Positions 1 through 13,727 of a stretch of 64,000 nucleotides of DNA are shown here, piece after piece (within the stretch, counting starts at the first letter, position 1; each line of letters opens with the position of its first letter). The stretch covers positions 5,642,001 to 5,706,000 of the forward strand of contig OZ024748.1 in NCBI GenBank assembly GCA_964016885.1, read 5' to 3'. The notes under the pieces are model-generated. The model was given only the letters and a program-made list of their open reading frames with translations. It ran no database searches and was not told the DNA's origin. Position numbers and translations under genes: made by a program. Origin of the DNA: Eledone cirrhosa (taxonomy: Eukaryota).

Positions 1-234
1 TGAATAGTAGGAAAAGGAAAACCATACAAAATGAGAAACAAAAAATATATATACATAAGTAATAAACAAATAAATAATAAAAATAAGTCACAACTATAAA
101 CAAAAGTGACACACAACACTAATTTTACTCATAATTGAAAAGACGCACCACTAAAATGTCCAATTCTGAGAATGTTGGCCAAATATTTTCTAATGATATT
201 TTTAGTTCTCTCTCTCTCTCTCTCTCTCTCTGTT

Positions 235-282
<48 letters not shown>

Positions 283-351
283 TCTCTCTCTCAATCTATC
301 TCTCAATCTATCTCTCTTTATCTCTCTCTCTGTATATATATATATATACAT

Positions 352-628
352 ATATGACGTGTTTCCGTAGGAAAGGTAACGGAAAGGAGAGTGCTCTATG
401 TAAGCTACAGAGCTATTTAGTTATGTAATAAACAACATAAGACAATTATTCCATTTACCAAAGGTTTCACGAAGGAAGATGAGCTCGACACAGACGTCTG
501 AAGCCATCCATCCTCTTCAAATAAAATTCATTCTGATGACGATTTCAGACGTCTGTGTTGAGCTCATCTGTCTTCGTGAAACCTTTGGTAAATGGAATAA
601 TTGTCTTATGTCGTTTATTACATTAAAA
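352..628. mobile_element. Fold-back cassette with degenerate hammerhead (Penelope-like terminal repeat relic)
   Basis: Inverted arms about 423-503 and 544-624. Plus arm: ttcatt-CTGATGA(533-539)...GAAA(578-581)-CC-TTT-GG-TA-aatgga. Minus-strand tail hairpin at 389-413. TA-rich flanks. Confidence 0.7.
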
Positions 629-689
629 AAATATATATAGTTAATTATATATATTTAATTACATAATAAACTACACAATATAATATACC

Positions 690-1149
690 TGAATATGCAA
701 GCTCGTCTCTTATTTAAATCAGAGACGAGCTTACATATTGAGACATATCTGAGAATCTTTCGATTCCAGAGTCAGATTCGATCAATAATACATTGTTCCT
801 CGAGCTGATCGACAGTGAAACATATGTAATATGTTATTTAAATATGTTATGATGCAACACTGCTTCTTTGTTCCTTTATTCTGCTACTAATTCGCATTAT
901 CGTTAGAGAATCGGACGCCATGCTTTCCAGCATAGAGTTACTTCCCTTTACGGACTGTGTTCAAATCCTGCCGAGGTTAACTTTGCCTTTCATACATACG
1001 GGATCGAAAAATAAAGTACCAGTAATGTACTGGCGTAATTGCTGGCCTTGTGCCCAAAGTAGAAACAATTATACTCTGCTCTGCGCGAAGCATCGAGTTC
1101 TCACCCAGCATACCGCTTATGGACGCAATTATCTTTCACCTATACACCC

Positions 1150-1150
<1 letters not shown>
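690..1150 (+). mobile_element. Hammerhead-like cassette (same family as 8496-8858), interrupted by a SINE at 891-1072
   Basis: Short hairpin at 692-739; gacatat-CTGAGAA...GAAA-C-ATAT-G-TA-atatgtt; the tail atactctgctct...gcatcg resumes after the SINE and is collinear with 8642-8858. Confidence 0.6.
891..1072 (+). mobile_element. tRNA-derived SINE (family S1)
   Basis: B-box gttcaaatcc, core gcctttcat...gatcgaaaaataaagtaccag and 3' end gtagaaacaatt, shared with more than 10 other copies in the window. Confidence 0.85.
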
Positions 1151-1180
<30 letters not shown>

Positions 1181-1228
1181 CATACATATATATTTATATA
1201 TACATATATGTATATATATACATATATG

Positions 1229-1280
<52 letters not shown>

Positions 1281-1284
1281 TATA

Positions 1285-1364
<80 letters not shown>

Positions 1365-1619
1365 TATATGTGTGTATATATATATAACGGATGACATGAT
1401 CACCTCCACTAACATAATCCACTAGATCATGTGATATGTAAGACGTTATTGATCCTTATTTACTTAATTGTCTTCTGGATCATTTCATCTTCGATTTTCC
1501 TGTTATATTCTTATTTTCTTTATTTCTTTAGCCATCTACTTTCATACTCTATCTTCCTTATCATCATCATCACCGTCTTCAATTCCATAACCTTATATAT
1601 CCACCTATAATATTATATA

Positions 1620-2125
1620 TATATACCTCGATGTACCCTGCAATACTGCTATCTAACCTGTAATATCAAGAAATACACTGTTATGCACCTATTTACTCTG
1701 TAATATCACTATATACCCTGGCATGCCTCTATATGCACTGCAATGCTCCTATCTACTCTGTAATATACTGATATACTATGATATGCCCATATCTACACTA
1801 TAATATCCAGATATACCATGCTATGAATCTATCTAACATATAATATCCTGATATACTATGATACGCCACTATCTACCCTATAATATTCTGATATACTCTG
1901 CTATGAGACTAACCTGTAATATCCAGATATACCCTGCTATGAGACTATCTACCCGATAATATCCATATATACCCTGTTCTAGCCCTATCTATCCTGCAAT
2001 ATCATATATTCCATGCTGTCCCCAGTGATACCAATCTATACCTAATATACCCTACTATATCACCCTAGACTCACCTGTACCTGCTATACCCTGTTACATC
2101 ACCCTAGACTTACCTATATACATAT
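1620..2125. repeat. Degenerate ~40-bp minisatellite
   Basis: Successive units such as taatatccagatataccatgctatgaatctatctaacata (1801-1840) and taatatcctgatatactatgatacgccactatctacccta (1841-1880); roughly 10 copies. Confidence 0.8.
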
Positions 2126-2469
2126 TATACTTCATCAGCAGGTGTCTATTGTCCATATATCTTTAAGAAAGAAATAAAAAATATATCATAGTGATTACGA
2201 CATGAGAGGAGGGAGAGAGAGAGGAAGTTAGGAGGAGGAAGTGAAGGATGTGAGGAGGGGAGTGAAGGAGGCGGGAAGTGAGGTAGAGAGGACAACTGGT
2301 TGAACAACTAATCACAGTATCATGCACACTTGACTGCACAGTTCACATCACTGCACACTTGACAGAACAATGTGTGCATGCACAATGCAATAGTTGACAA
2401 AAGATGTCCGCATAGCAGTGGCCATAACAGTAACAGTACTAATAATAATAGTAACTGTACTAATACTAC

Positions 2470-2470
2470 A

Positions 2471-2517
<47 letters not shown>

Positions 2518-2741
2518 TTTCATTTATTAGCCACAAGGGCCGACATGTAGGGGACAATACGACCTCCATATAGTAAGTAATATTAATAATATGACGTTGA
2601 TATCCTTAACAACAATAACAAAAAGATACAGGAAAGGGGAAGAAGAAGAAGAAGAAGAAGAAGAAGAAGAAGAAGAAGAAGAAGAAGAAGAAGAAGAAGA
2701 AGAAGAAGAAGAAGAAGAAGAACAACAACAACAACAACAGC

Positions 2742-2773
<32 letters not shown>

Positions 2774-2895
2774 AAACAAGTAGCGGCAAAGCAAGAAACT
2801 GAATATATTTGAATAATAACGATAATCTAGATATTGATAACAATAATAATAACAATAATGACAAGATCAACAACAACAGCAACAACAACAACATG
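2470..2895. repeat. Compound trinucleotide microsatellites (TAA)n, (GAA)n, (CAA)n
   Basis: Directly visible runs, with (GAA)n at about 2639-2722 abutting (CAA)n. Confidence 0.95.
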
Positions 2896-3088
2896 AACCT
2901 GTTCCTACTAATACGTACAACAATAAGAACAGCAACAATATACTATGATAAATTGCAATCAATAAACAACTTGTGTTTTGTAAAATCTATTGGATGAGCA
3001 AACACGCACTTGCATCATGTCACAAACACACGCACACACACACACACACACACTCAGATACATATACGCGCACACATACATACACACA

Positions 3089-3176
<88 letters not shown>

Positions 3177-4472
3177 GAGATGGAATCACATGTATGCGTC
3201 TATGTATTTCTGCCCGTTGATTCTATACATGCTTTGCTTTTATATATATATATATATATATATGTTGATATATATATATATGTATGTGTGTGTGTATGTT
3301 ATATGTGTGTATGTGTGTATATTATTGTACATTATCAAAGATCACTGTGTAGGCCATAGATATACATGGTGGAAATAATTTGACACTTTATAGTACATAA
3401 AAATATCACTGCCTCTGTCTTGATATATATTTATATCTCTGTTCAAATTGACCGTTTAACTCCCACTTAATAAATAAATGAATAAATAAGGAAAGAAACC
3501 AAGAGAGAAAGAATGAATAATTCATTTATTATTTACATTTCAACTGGACGATTTTCCCATCTCTATATAGAGTTTTATATAGAGTATAATTTACGTCCAT
3601 TTAATTACTGTATTATTGGAGGGCCACATATTTATAGTATTTGCACAAATATTCTCACATCGTTAAAGCTGGCCGTTGTTAACATAATATTTTTTAGAGA
3701 TTTGAAATTATACAATTTGACACCATCGTTGTTCAAATTCTTTAAAGCATATTTTTATTACATTGTAACATCGCGAAGCATCATTGTTATTTAACAATAA
3801 ACATTATTGTTTAATTATGTAGAGTGTAGAGAATGGTTTGCTATTTGCACGTGTCTCCCCAATTGTGCAGAAGTAAGTGGACTCATAGGATCATTTCTTT
3901 AGATGAATGCATCCAAGATATGGAGTAGGCAAACGGCTGTTATTCTCAGAAAACAACTTATAGACATCACAATTTTAATCTTAAATAACAATGGAAAATA
4001 TACTAGTATTTGTGACGTATATAGAGACAACGACGAATGTAAGTTTGTGTTTGAAACTGTGTTGGGTCCTAGGAGAAGACGGAACATTTCACGTTAGTTC
4101 AGTTCACTTAGTTGGGAAAAACTGAGCTGTATCTGTAATTCAAAGCGTCATCACTTGTGGCCTACTAAATCCTGAGAATTACCTGTGTATGTGGAATGCT
4201 GAGCTAATTGTAACTGGAGGAGTCCTATTCCAACCGACGGAGATCCAACGTCATAGGAAGTGATGATAAAAAACAAACAACAACCAGAAATGCTACGGAG
4301 TTTCATTTATGGGAATTAGACCAGAGAAAACTCGAGCAACTGGTATTGTCATAGCCTTATATTTTCCTTTGTTGCCCATCTATAATAAACGCACAACACA
4401 TATACATAAACATATATACGTAAACATATATATATATATTTGTGTGTGTGCGTGTGTGTGTATTCATATACA

Positions 4473-4583
<111 letters not shown>

Positions 4584-4590
4584 ATATATT

Positions 4591-4642
<52 letters not shown>

Positions 4643-4885
4643 TTTATTTACGTATGTATAAGTGTGTGTGTGCGTATGTGTATGTGCGTAAGCGTGTTTG
4701 TATGTATGTGCATACGTGTGTATGGTGTGTATATATACGTAACTAGAGCTCTGAATGAAACAATCCAATCTTTAAAAAGATTTTACCTTATCTAAAAGGT
4801 ATTTTTAGTGATACATAGAAACAAAATATATATATATGACTATGTAATTTGGCTTCCTTTGTTTTGTTTGTTTCACTTATTAACT

Positions 4886-4938
<53 letters not shown>

Positions 4939-5111
4939 TATATATAATTACATATATATAATATTGTGAAAATATTCAAGTGTGCACGGCAAACACTCTA
5001 CTACACCGATAACAAAAACGTTTATTTGTTTGTTACAAACATATATATATACATATATATATATAAATGAAAATAGAGAAATTAATGTGAGCAAGAAGCC
5101 AACAGTATTTC

Positions 5112-5162
<51 letters not shown>

Positions 5163-5327
5163 ATAACACATATAATATATCATACTTTTCCCAAAATATA
5201 TATTTGAATACATTAACGTTCATATATATTGACTCAAACACACAGTCACACAGCTACAAACACATAGATGTGTATATATCCCTATATACATGTATATGTA
5301 TATGTATATATGTATACATACACATAA

Positions 5328-5402
<75 letters not shown>

Positions 5403-5463
5403 TACATATGCGTATGTATATATATGTTTATATACGTGTATATATATATGTTTACCTACGCGC

Positions 5464-5510
<47 letters not shown>

Positions 5511-5644
5511 TACGTACATTTGTATAAGTACATACATACACACATACATCTATATGTATATATTCTTTAGATTAACTTTTACATTTCCCTATCTATATAC
5601 TTTTATTTAAGACATTTATCTGATTGAAAGAAACGAATGTATAT

Positions 5645-5786
<142 letters not shown>

Positions 5787-7304
5787 TATATATATAGGGA
5801 TATATTTACGTTTATATTTATGTTATATATTGTTTATGTAATCTTTTTTTCAAGATACATAAAAGAATAGAATATATAAGGTGCGAAATATCCAGCAGTA
5901 AAATATGACCTATTGTATTATAGTTTGAAGATAATTTTTTTTCTATACGTGTGTTGATTTCTAATGTAATAGCCTCTGTGTTCTTGATTGTGTTTCACAA
6001 GCCATTACTATGTTGCTCTCACATTACCATAGTCTGATATTTAAACTGGCTCTTCTCACTGCTATAGTGGTGATGATAACCTCAGCTAGGTTTAATTAGA
6101 ATGTTGTATACCAAGCATGGGTAGCTCTTTCCTTTCCTTTCCAGTAGCGTGTCATTGTAGATATTGCTTAATACCTATTCTGTTATACCGTTAAAAGAAG
6201 GATTTATCAAACGTAATGTATTGTTCGTCTTGATAGGTTAATGATTCGAGCAAATCACTCTGCTTCAAGGTGAGAAATCTTGGGAAACAGCAAAATGTGT
6301 ATGTGTTCGAAACCTATACCTAAGCATAAGCTTTTCTGCATTTTCCTGTTGTCTTATGTCCTCAAAACATTTTTCAAGCAACGCAAAGCCATTTATACGG
6401 ATCCGAACAATGTTGGTCCGTGCTCTATAACGTGCTGGGCCCATTAATTATGTCCTCATAAATCTCATGTTTTTAAAATAATGTACGCTAAGCTATTGAC
6501 AGTTTGATGTCTATATTGAGTAATGTATACTTGTCTACATTCACTGTTAAAATATTGCATATACCGCTTGCACAATTGAGAAGCATTTATAAGTGCTCAC
6601 TTTATATTTCTTCCCAATCGAAATAGGGATATGGACACGGCTAGATCTGCTCGGAATAGGATAAAATGAAAGAAGTAATGTAAATTACATATGTAAATCA
6701 TTTTCATATTGACATCAAACAGCTGGATAAATATTTACGCAATATTACTAATTATAAGTGTAACCATTGGCAAACATACTCAAATACTTCGAAATCAGAT
6801 TACTTGATTTAATCCATACAAAATCTGCGGTTGACATTGATAGATCTACAAAGGTTATATAAATGTAAACACTGATAGAAAAATGAAAGGTTATAGCTGT
6901 AAACGCCTCTTTATAATTTCATATAATTATTTAATCAATTAATCTTTAAATTAAATTATCAAATAATAATTTCTGGTACAATTCTGTGTATTTCTATGAA
7001 CAACTACAAATAAATAAATAGATAAATAAATTCATAAATAAATATATAAATAAATAAATATATAAATAAATAACTAACTGCCTGGTCTACAACAGATGAA
7101 ATCTAATTAGCCTAAAAGATTGTTAACTTGGACAACGAATAAATTTAGAAAATACTTTATTATAACTTCATTTCACTCAAACGTGGTTATTTTAAATATT
7201 AAAAGATTTGTATATATTCAAATCGCAAAAGTTTTATTATTTATTCATGCAAACAGATTTCTAGTGATATATATCTAAAGTCTAAAAGTGTAAAGTCTGT
7301 CTTA

Positions 7305-7535
7305 AGCCAGAAGACTCGTTTAGACTGGTGCTTATCCTGGTTTCATAGCGAGAAGCGACTAAAAGTACAAGATTCCCTCTCAACAGGACGCCAGTCCATC
7401 GCAGGGTTAACCTCCAGCTGGCGCAACGAGAAATAAAGAGTTTGGCTCAAGACGACAACACGCAACCCATCCCAGGAATCGTACCCACGATATTATAATC
7501 GCAAGTCCAACACCTGTACCACTAAGCCACTCATC
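7305..7535 (-). mobile_element. tRNA-derived SINE with CORE/V-domain-like body (family S2)
   Basis: Minus strand starts gtggcttagtggta (A box), has a B-box-like ggtacgattcc, and contains ctgcgatggactggcgtcctgt resembling the V-SINE central domain. Confidence 0.7.
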
Positions 7536-7594
7536 TCGAAATACCTATTTGAATTTCATGAAAAAAAATTTGAGAACTTGAGACTGACAGATTT

Positions 7595-7675
<81 letters not shown>

Positions 7676-8443
7676 ATATATATATATATGCTGAACTCCA
7701 CGTGGGGTCAGTAATAGTCACACTTATGTATAGCATTTGAGCAGAAACCCGTTGAAAAAGTGCCTTCCTTGTTCAGTCATCTTACCAGAAGCCTAACATT
7801 CTTTATGTAAGCGGACAATAATTGATTTATGGAGCCGCAGAAACCCAAATACTGGATTTACCATCTCCAGGGATCCGGGTAAATTTTCAATCACATATAT
7901 TTTTATTTGTTTGACCCGAATTGCTTGATCGTTTTTTTTTGGTTGTGCGGATGATTAATTTAACCACCATCTCAGTGTGTTTGACCTTTAACGTATGTTG
8001 TAGCTCTAATTCATATGAATTATCGAGCGCTTGCCACACAACTCGGAAGTGTTTTTCGTTAATTCCTGAGCTGAAATTCGATTCTCGCTAATTCATATTT
8101 ATATATATATATATATATATATACAGGTATTTTCTAAGTAACATCAGCTGAGACGAATATGTTCCTATATTTCCCTAAATTATATTATTATGTTCCTTTT
8201 TAAGACGTGGATTGATTGATATTTGACTGTTATTTCTAGCACTTTAAATGACTGTCTGGTAGCTCTATCCTCTCTTGATCCTAAATGTAAGTAGGTATTC
8301 TGTTCATTTCGACGATGAATGTCCCAGCTGTTACATCGCAATAGCTAAATGTCTTGATTTGTGTGTGTATATATATATATATACCAAGACATATTTAGCT
8401 ATAATTATATTTATATATATATATACGAAGACATATTTAGCTA

Positions 8444-8495
<52 letters not shown>

Positions 8496-8503
<8 letters not shown>

Positions 8504-8854
8504 AGAAAAAAAGAGAATCAGTGTTGCGACGAATAGAATTTATTGGACATATTACAATCGTTTCTCTGGCGAGACACGATCGATGTGATGATCGAACCTG
8601 ACTCTGAAAATCGCAAGGTTCTCAGATACGAGGAATCAAGACGTATCTGAGGAACTTACGATTTTCAGAGTCCGGTTCGATCATCACATCGATCGTGTCT
8701 CTAGCTGGTCGCCAGAGAAACGATTGCAATATGTCCAATAAATTCCATTCGTCGCAACACTGATTCTCTTTTTTTCTGTGATATACTCTGCTCTATCCCT
8801 GCATCGTGTGCTCAAATGGCCTACCTCGTACAGACGCTTTAAGTATCCAACACC

Positions 8855-8858
<4 letters not shown>
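8496..8858. mobile_element. Fold-back cassette with hammerhead-like core and long stem II, between (TA)n runs
   Basis: Arms about 8496-8630 and 8642-8785, loop 11 nt. Plus arm: gacgtat-CTGAGGA(8647-8653)...GAAA(8717-8720)-C-GATT-G-CA-atatgtc; the opposite arm has GTA at the cleavage triplet. Tail hairpin at 8785-8809. Confidence 0.75.
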
Positions 8859-8923
<65 letters not shown>

Positions 8924-9053
8924 GACTCGGGTTCAAAATCTGCCATGAGAATCGCTGTTTGCTGATTTGTTGTGGAACTAACACACACTCTCTCTCTCTG
9001 TATATATATATGTGTGTGTGTGTATGCGAGAGTGTATGTGTGTGTGTGCATGC

Positions 9054-9107
<54 letters not shown>

Positions 9108-9290
9108 AATTTGGATATAACCCTAAGCAAAAAGTACCGGAGTAGAGAGTGCGTGACAAAGCAGAAATATTAATCAGAGGTAGAGACAATTGAATGTTAC
9201 CATCTACACAATTCCACCCACAAGTTTGGTGTTGACTTGAGCGTATAGAAGAAAAAATCGTTCCATGTTCTGTGCACAAGTAGCTAGCTT

Positions 9291-9390
9291 GAGGTTAACT
9301 TTCCCTTTCATCCTTACGGGGTCGATAAAATAAAGTACCAGTAATGCACTGGGTATTTGCTGGCCTTGTGCTAAAAGTAGAAACAATTAT
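9291..9390 (+). mobile_element. SINE S1, 5'-truncated
   Basis: gaggttaactttccctttcatccttacggggtcgataaaataaagtaccag...gtagaaacaatt. Confidence 0.85.
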
Positions 9391-9994
9391 TTCATAAAAA
9401 AGGGACTTCGAAAACGAATTTCTCTTTGTAATAGTTACATAAACAGCAGAAAATGTAGTCGAAGTAGCAACATCAGATGGTGTAGAAAATAAAATAAATA
9501 CAGAACTGAAACAAATACATATATTCTTTTATATGTTGATCGATCGACAGCTGATTCTGCTCTGCGACCATTCCTGGGTCATCTGGCATTATGACAAAAG
9601 AAGCATTGACTCTCTTGGTGACCAGCCATTTGATAAATATGTCCGTGTGCAGCTGTGTACGTGTGTAGGTGCGTGTTACAGTTGCTAAAACCCTGAAGAA
9701 TAGACAGTTTATAAAATCGTGCATGAACGGTAATAGCCTAAGGTGCAGAACTGAAGTATCAAAATAATTGAACTGATACACGAGGGATAAAAAATGTATA
9801 TGTACATATATATGTATATATACTTATATATGTATATACAGGGGTGGTAGAACTGGGGAGGGGGGTGATGCAGTGGGGCAATGGCCCTCCCAATAATTAT
9901 ATTTTTCTCCCCAAACTACCTAAACACCCCTCTAATTGTATAAGCGCTACAATTTTTGTATATGTTATGTAGAGACAGATGGAAGATATATATA

Positions 9995-10149
9995 TAGAAG
10001 TGGTTACACAACAGTTAGTTCACCATACCGAGAACAATTATTTCACCTTAGCGGATCCTCTGCCCGTAATGTTGTGTAACCACTTCTACCTAACTCGTCC
10101 CATGGACTGAGTGCTCTACCGCTATGGATATTACCTTCCAATGTTCTAC

Positions 10150-10153
<4 letters not shown>
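9995..10153. mobile_element. TA-flanked fold-back cassette (related partial copy at ~41805-41880)
   Basis: 19-bp inverted repeat tagaagtggttacacaaca / tgttgtgtaaccacttcta (9995-10013 and 10070-10088); minus-strand ggtGAAA-T-AATT-G-TT; tail hairpin at 10093-10112. Confidence 0.6.
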
Positions 10154-10205
<52 letters not shown>

Positions 10206-11094
10206 GGGTAGAGTTTCGTGGTAATTGATATAGAGAGGAAGGTTTTGGAGAGTATGTTGTATATAAGATATAAAGAGTGGATAGTTTGGTGATAATTGAT
10301 ATAGAGTGGGGGGATTGGGAGAGAGTGTTGTGTAATACATATAGAAGGGGGAGAGTTTGGTGCTAACTGATATAGACTTACAAGTGAGAAACGGCACCAT
10401 CGATTGTTCTCCTTTACTTTCGCCGAGGTATGTGACGTTAGTCACTACTTTAAAATTCTTAACGAATAGCCTTCAAAATGTTTTTAAATAAACATAATAT
10501 TGAATATACAATACTTACATTCATATATACATCGCTATTTCAGAGCACCAATACATATATGTATATATATATTTATTTTTATGGTGTATGTGTGTGTATT
10601 TGGTGAAATGTAAATTGCATTCAAATTTTGGTAGTCTAATTAATTTAGCAACTGACGATTAGATATAATTAATGTAGACACCACGTGATTGCCAGTCACG
10701 TGATGTAGCTGGGTTTGTTTTATAGTATAATGAATTAAACAGTACACCACAAACCTTAATGTAAATGAAAACTGATTAATGTTAATAGCTATTTTAATTT
10801 ACAAACATAACGATATGTGTGGGTATGCATGTTTTTAAGGTTTTACTAATAGAGAAAAAAAGAGACGGTTTCTAACATAGAAACAAGATATTTTCTTTGT
10901 AATTCAGATATCAACTAGATGCAAATGTATCTATGGCTGTATGTGATTTTCTGTGTGTGATGCAAGCATTGATCTATGCATTTATATATTTTTCAGAGTG
11001 TGAAGATATCAATGTCATTTCATGTGTGGTTCTGCATGCTTGGAGTTACATATGTATTGGTGCATATATTTTTAGATCTATACATATATATATA

Positions 11095-11505
11095 TATGCA
11101 AATATTACTTGCTGAATAACTGAAATGTTTTACATATTTTTACCATGTGGACGGTAATTGTAATGTTATAACTAGCTGTGTTCTCTCTGGTTTTGTGAGG
11201 ATCAGGTTCTCGAGTTTTGTACTGAGGCATTTAGTAAAATATCCAGGAGACCCAATGACCACAGATACCTTTTTTATATGTATGGTTGTATGTATGGTTT
11301 CGAGTAGTGTTTGCGATGCTTGGATAGTGGGATTCGTCGAGAGCAAGGGCTTTCCTCACTTAAACAAATTTCAAAGCACAGTCATTGCTTGTTCAGGGTC
11401 TGTTAGAGGTTTGTGAGACTGGCCGTAGACTAAAAGTGCACCACACTCTATAACCTAACACGCAATTGTAGTACTCTTAGCAGAGTTTGCAGCCATCATG
11501 TATAT
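11095..11505 (-). mobile_element. Decayed, internally deleted R4/Dong-like (RLE) non-LTR retrotransposon
   Basis: Minus frame reads ...KKVSVVIGSPGYFTKCLSTKLENL...TQLVITLQL then (frameshift) KICKTFQ. This matches the peptide at 17627-17713 and resembles the C-terminus of RLE-clade ORFs. The 5' end atgatggctgcaaactc resembles 50640-50600. Confidence 0.5.
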
Positions 11506-11562
11506 ATGTACGTCTAAATGTATGTTTTTATGGTCTTCATTGTAATGATATCAAACACAAGG

Positions 11563-11623
<61 letters not shown>

Positions 11624-11765
11624 TATAGGTATGTGTGTGTGTGTTTATGAGCTATGTAATAGTAACAGGCTCATGGATTAAACCACTATTAGCACCTACG
11701 ATGAATTTGCATATTACAATCCGGTGCATATCATGTTTTACACTCATAGAGAAAACATATTCCAG

Positions 11766-11886
<121 letters not shown>

Positions 11887-12263
11887 GCATTGTGTTTGGT
11901 ATCATTACAAAGGAGACCATCTTAGCTTTCAGTGAAGTCCCGTTAAAATATATAGAGATTTCAAGATGGCGTACATCTGTGAAAATAATTTTAATGTTCG
12001 CTGTAATGGGTACGATGTGAGTTTTCATTTATTTATTTTGCATTATTTAGTTATCAGTTCGTTATCATTCGATGAATACATGTGTTGTGAGTGTATAATA
12101 TATATATATATATATATATGAGCAGGGGTGTATGTTTCTTTGTTTGTGTATGTGTATGAGTATGGTTGCTCTTGTGTATGAATTCGTATATTAAAAATGT
12201 GTCGATGTGCACATATATTTCTGTCTCAGATACATGATATATGTCCATATATAACTATATATT

Positions 12264-12295
<32 letters not shown>

Positions 12296-12297
12296 CA

Positions 12298-12348
<51 letters not shown>

Positions 12349-13487
12349 AGTATATATATATATATATACATTTATGTTGTATATACACAAATATATGTAT
12401 GTATATACTTATATATATATATATATTTGAAGAAACATATTTAATAAAGATTATCGATTTTCTTCATTCTGTATTGAACTGATACCGATTGATATAATAT
12501 AGAATTTATAGAAAATCAAGTATTCACCCTCTCCCTCCCTTGTATTTTATACAACTTCTCGATTTTTTTATTTATTACAAAGTTTTTCTCTCTTTCTCTA
12601 AAAGTCTTCATATTGTTTCCACACACATTTTCTTTCCTTCTCTCTCCTCTTCTCCCCTTCACCTCTTCTCTCCTTCTCCTCCTCACACTCAATATCACTC
12701 ACACTCTGGCTATACTCCCCCGGTCCCTTCACTCTCTCATTTTCTCATTCTTTTTCTCTATGTCTCCATTGTTAACCTTCTTCAGTCTAACAGAACTTTG
12801 CTCCTTCTTTTTTCTCTCCCTTTCATAGTCGAACTCTTTCTCCGCCTTTCATATACACTCGTATACATTCATATACACACATATGCACACATACACTCAT
12901 ATACACACATATACACACATATGCACACTCATATACGCACATATGCACACATACACACATATACACACATATGCACACTCATATACACACATATGTACAC
13001 ATACACTCATATACACACATCTGCACACATATGCACACATACACTCATACACACACATATGCACGCAAGGATACAGTCATGCACACACAGGGAGACATAT
13101 ATATGCACACAGAGTGTGTTATAATGTATCGACTCATTAAAAATCAATAGTCTATTTGAATATGTCGTGTAACACGAAATAGTAAAGTCCCATTGAAGAC
13201 AAACAGGAGGGTGGAGGAAGGAGGTTGAATAATGAAGGGGAGAAGGAGCTAAGCGGAGAGGGGGGACAAGAGGAGATAAGAAAGGAAGGGGAGAAGGAAG
13301 GAAAATAACAAAAAAATATATTACAATAAACTGGGAAATACGTATCATGTAAAAAAAACATCACCCCCACCTCATCCACCAATTACAGGACTAATACCAA
13401 TACCACCACAATCATCAGCAGCATAACTACCACCAATTCCCCTACCCCTACTTACCACAACTCAGCTCAAAAAATTCAACAGATACC

Positions 13488-13555
<68 letters not shown>

Positions 13556-13595
13556 TAGAATATAAATATTAATAAAATAGATGTTCTTTTGTTCA

Positions 13596-13658
13596 ATTAC
13601 ATTTTATTATACATATTTCGGATGTACAACAGTACGTCCTCATCAGATAAAATATAAT
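13596..13658 (-). ncRNA. Minimal type-I hammerhead ribozyme (mirror copy)
   Basis: Reverse complement reads attatattttat-CTGATGA-ggacgtac-tgtt-gtacatcc-GAAA-tatgtata-ataaaatgtaat. Confidence 0.85.
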
Positions 13659-13664
13659 TATATC

Positions 13665-13727
13665 ATTATATTTTGTCTGATGAGGACGTACTGTTGTACA
13701 TCCGAAATATGTATAATAAAATGTAAT
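13665..13727 (+). ncRNA. Minimal type-I hammerhead ribozyme
   Basis: Stem I attatattttgt/ataaaatgtaat (12 bp including G-U pairs); CUGAUGA at 13677-13683; stem II GGACGUAC-UGUU-GUACAUCC; GAAA at 13704-13707; stem III U-AUGU-A; predicted cleavage after AUA at 13715. Confidence 0.85.

Noticed and set aside
1620-2125. CRISPR-like array
   Set aside because: Contiguous degenerate tandem units with no unique spacers, in a eukaryotic context.
5850-7000. Microsatellite-free unique stretch as a possible exon or transposase
   Set aside because: No ORF of 60 aa or more in the track and no motif I could recognise; possibly an old transposon, but unsupported.
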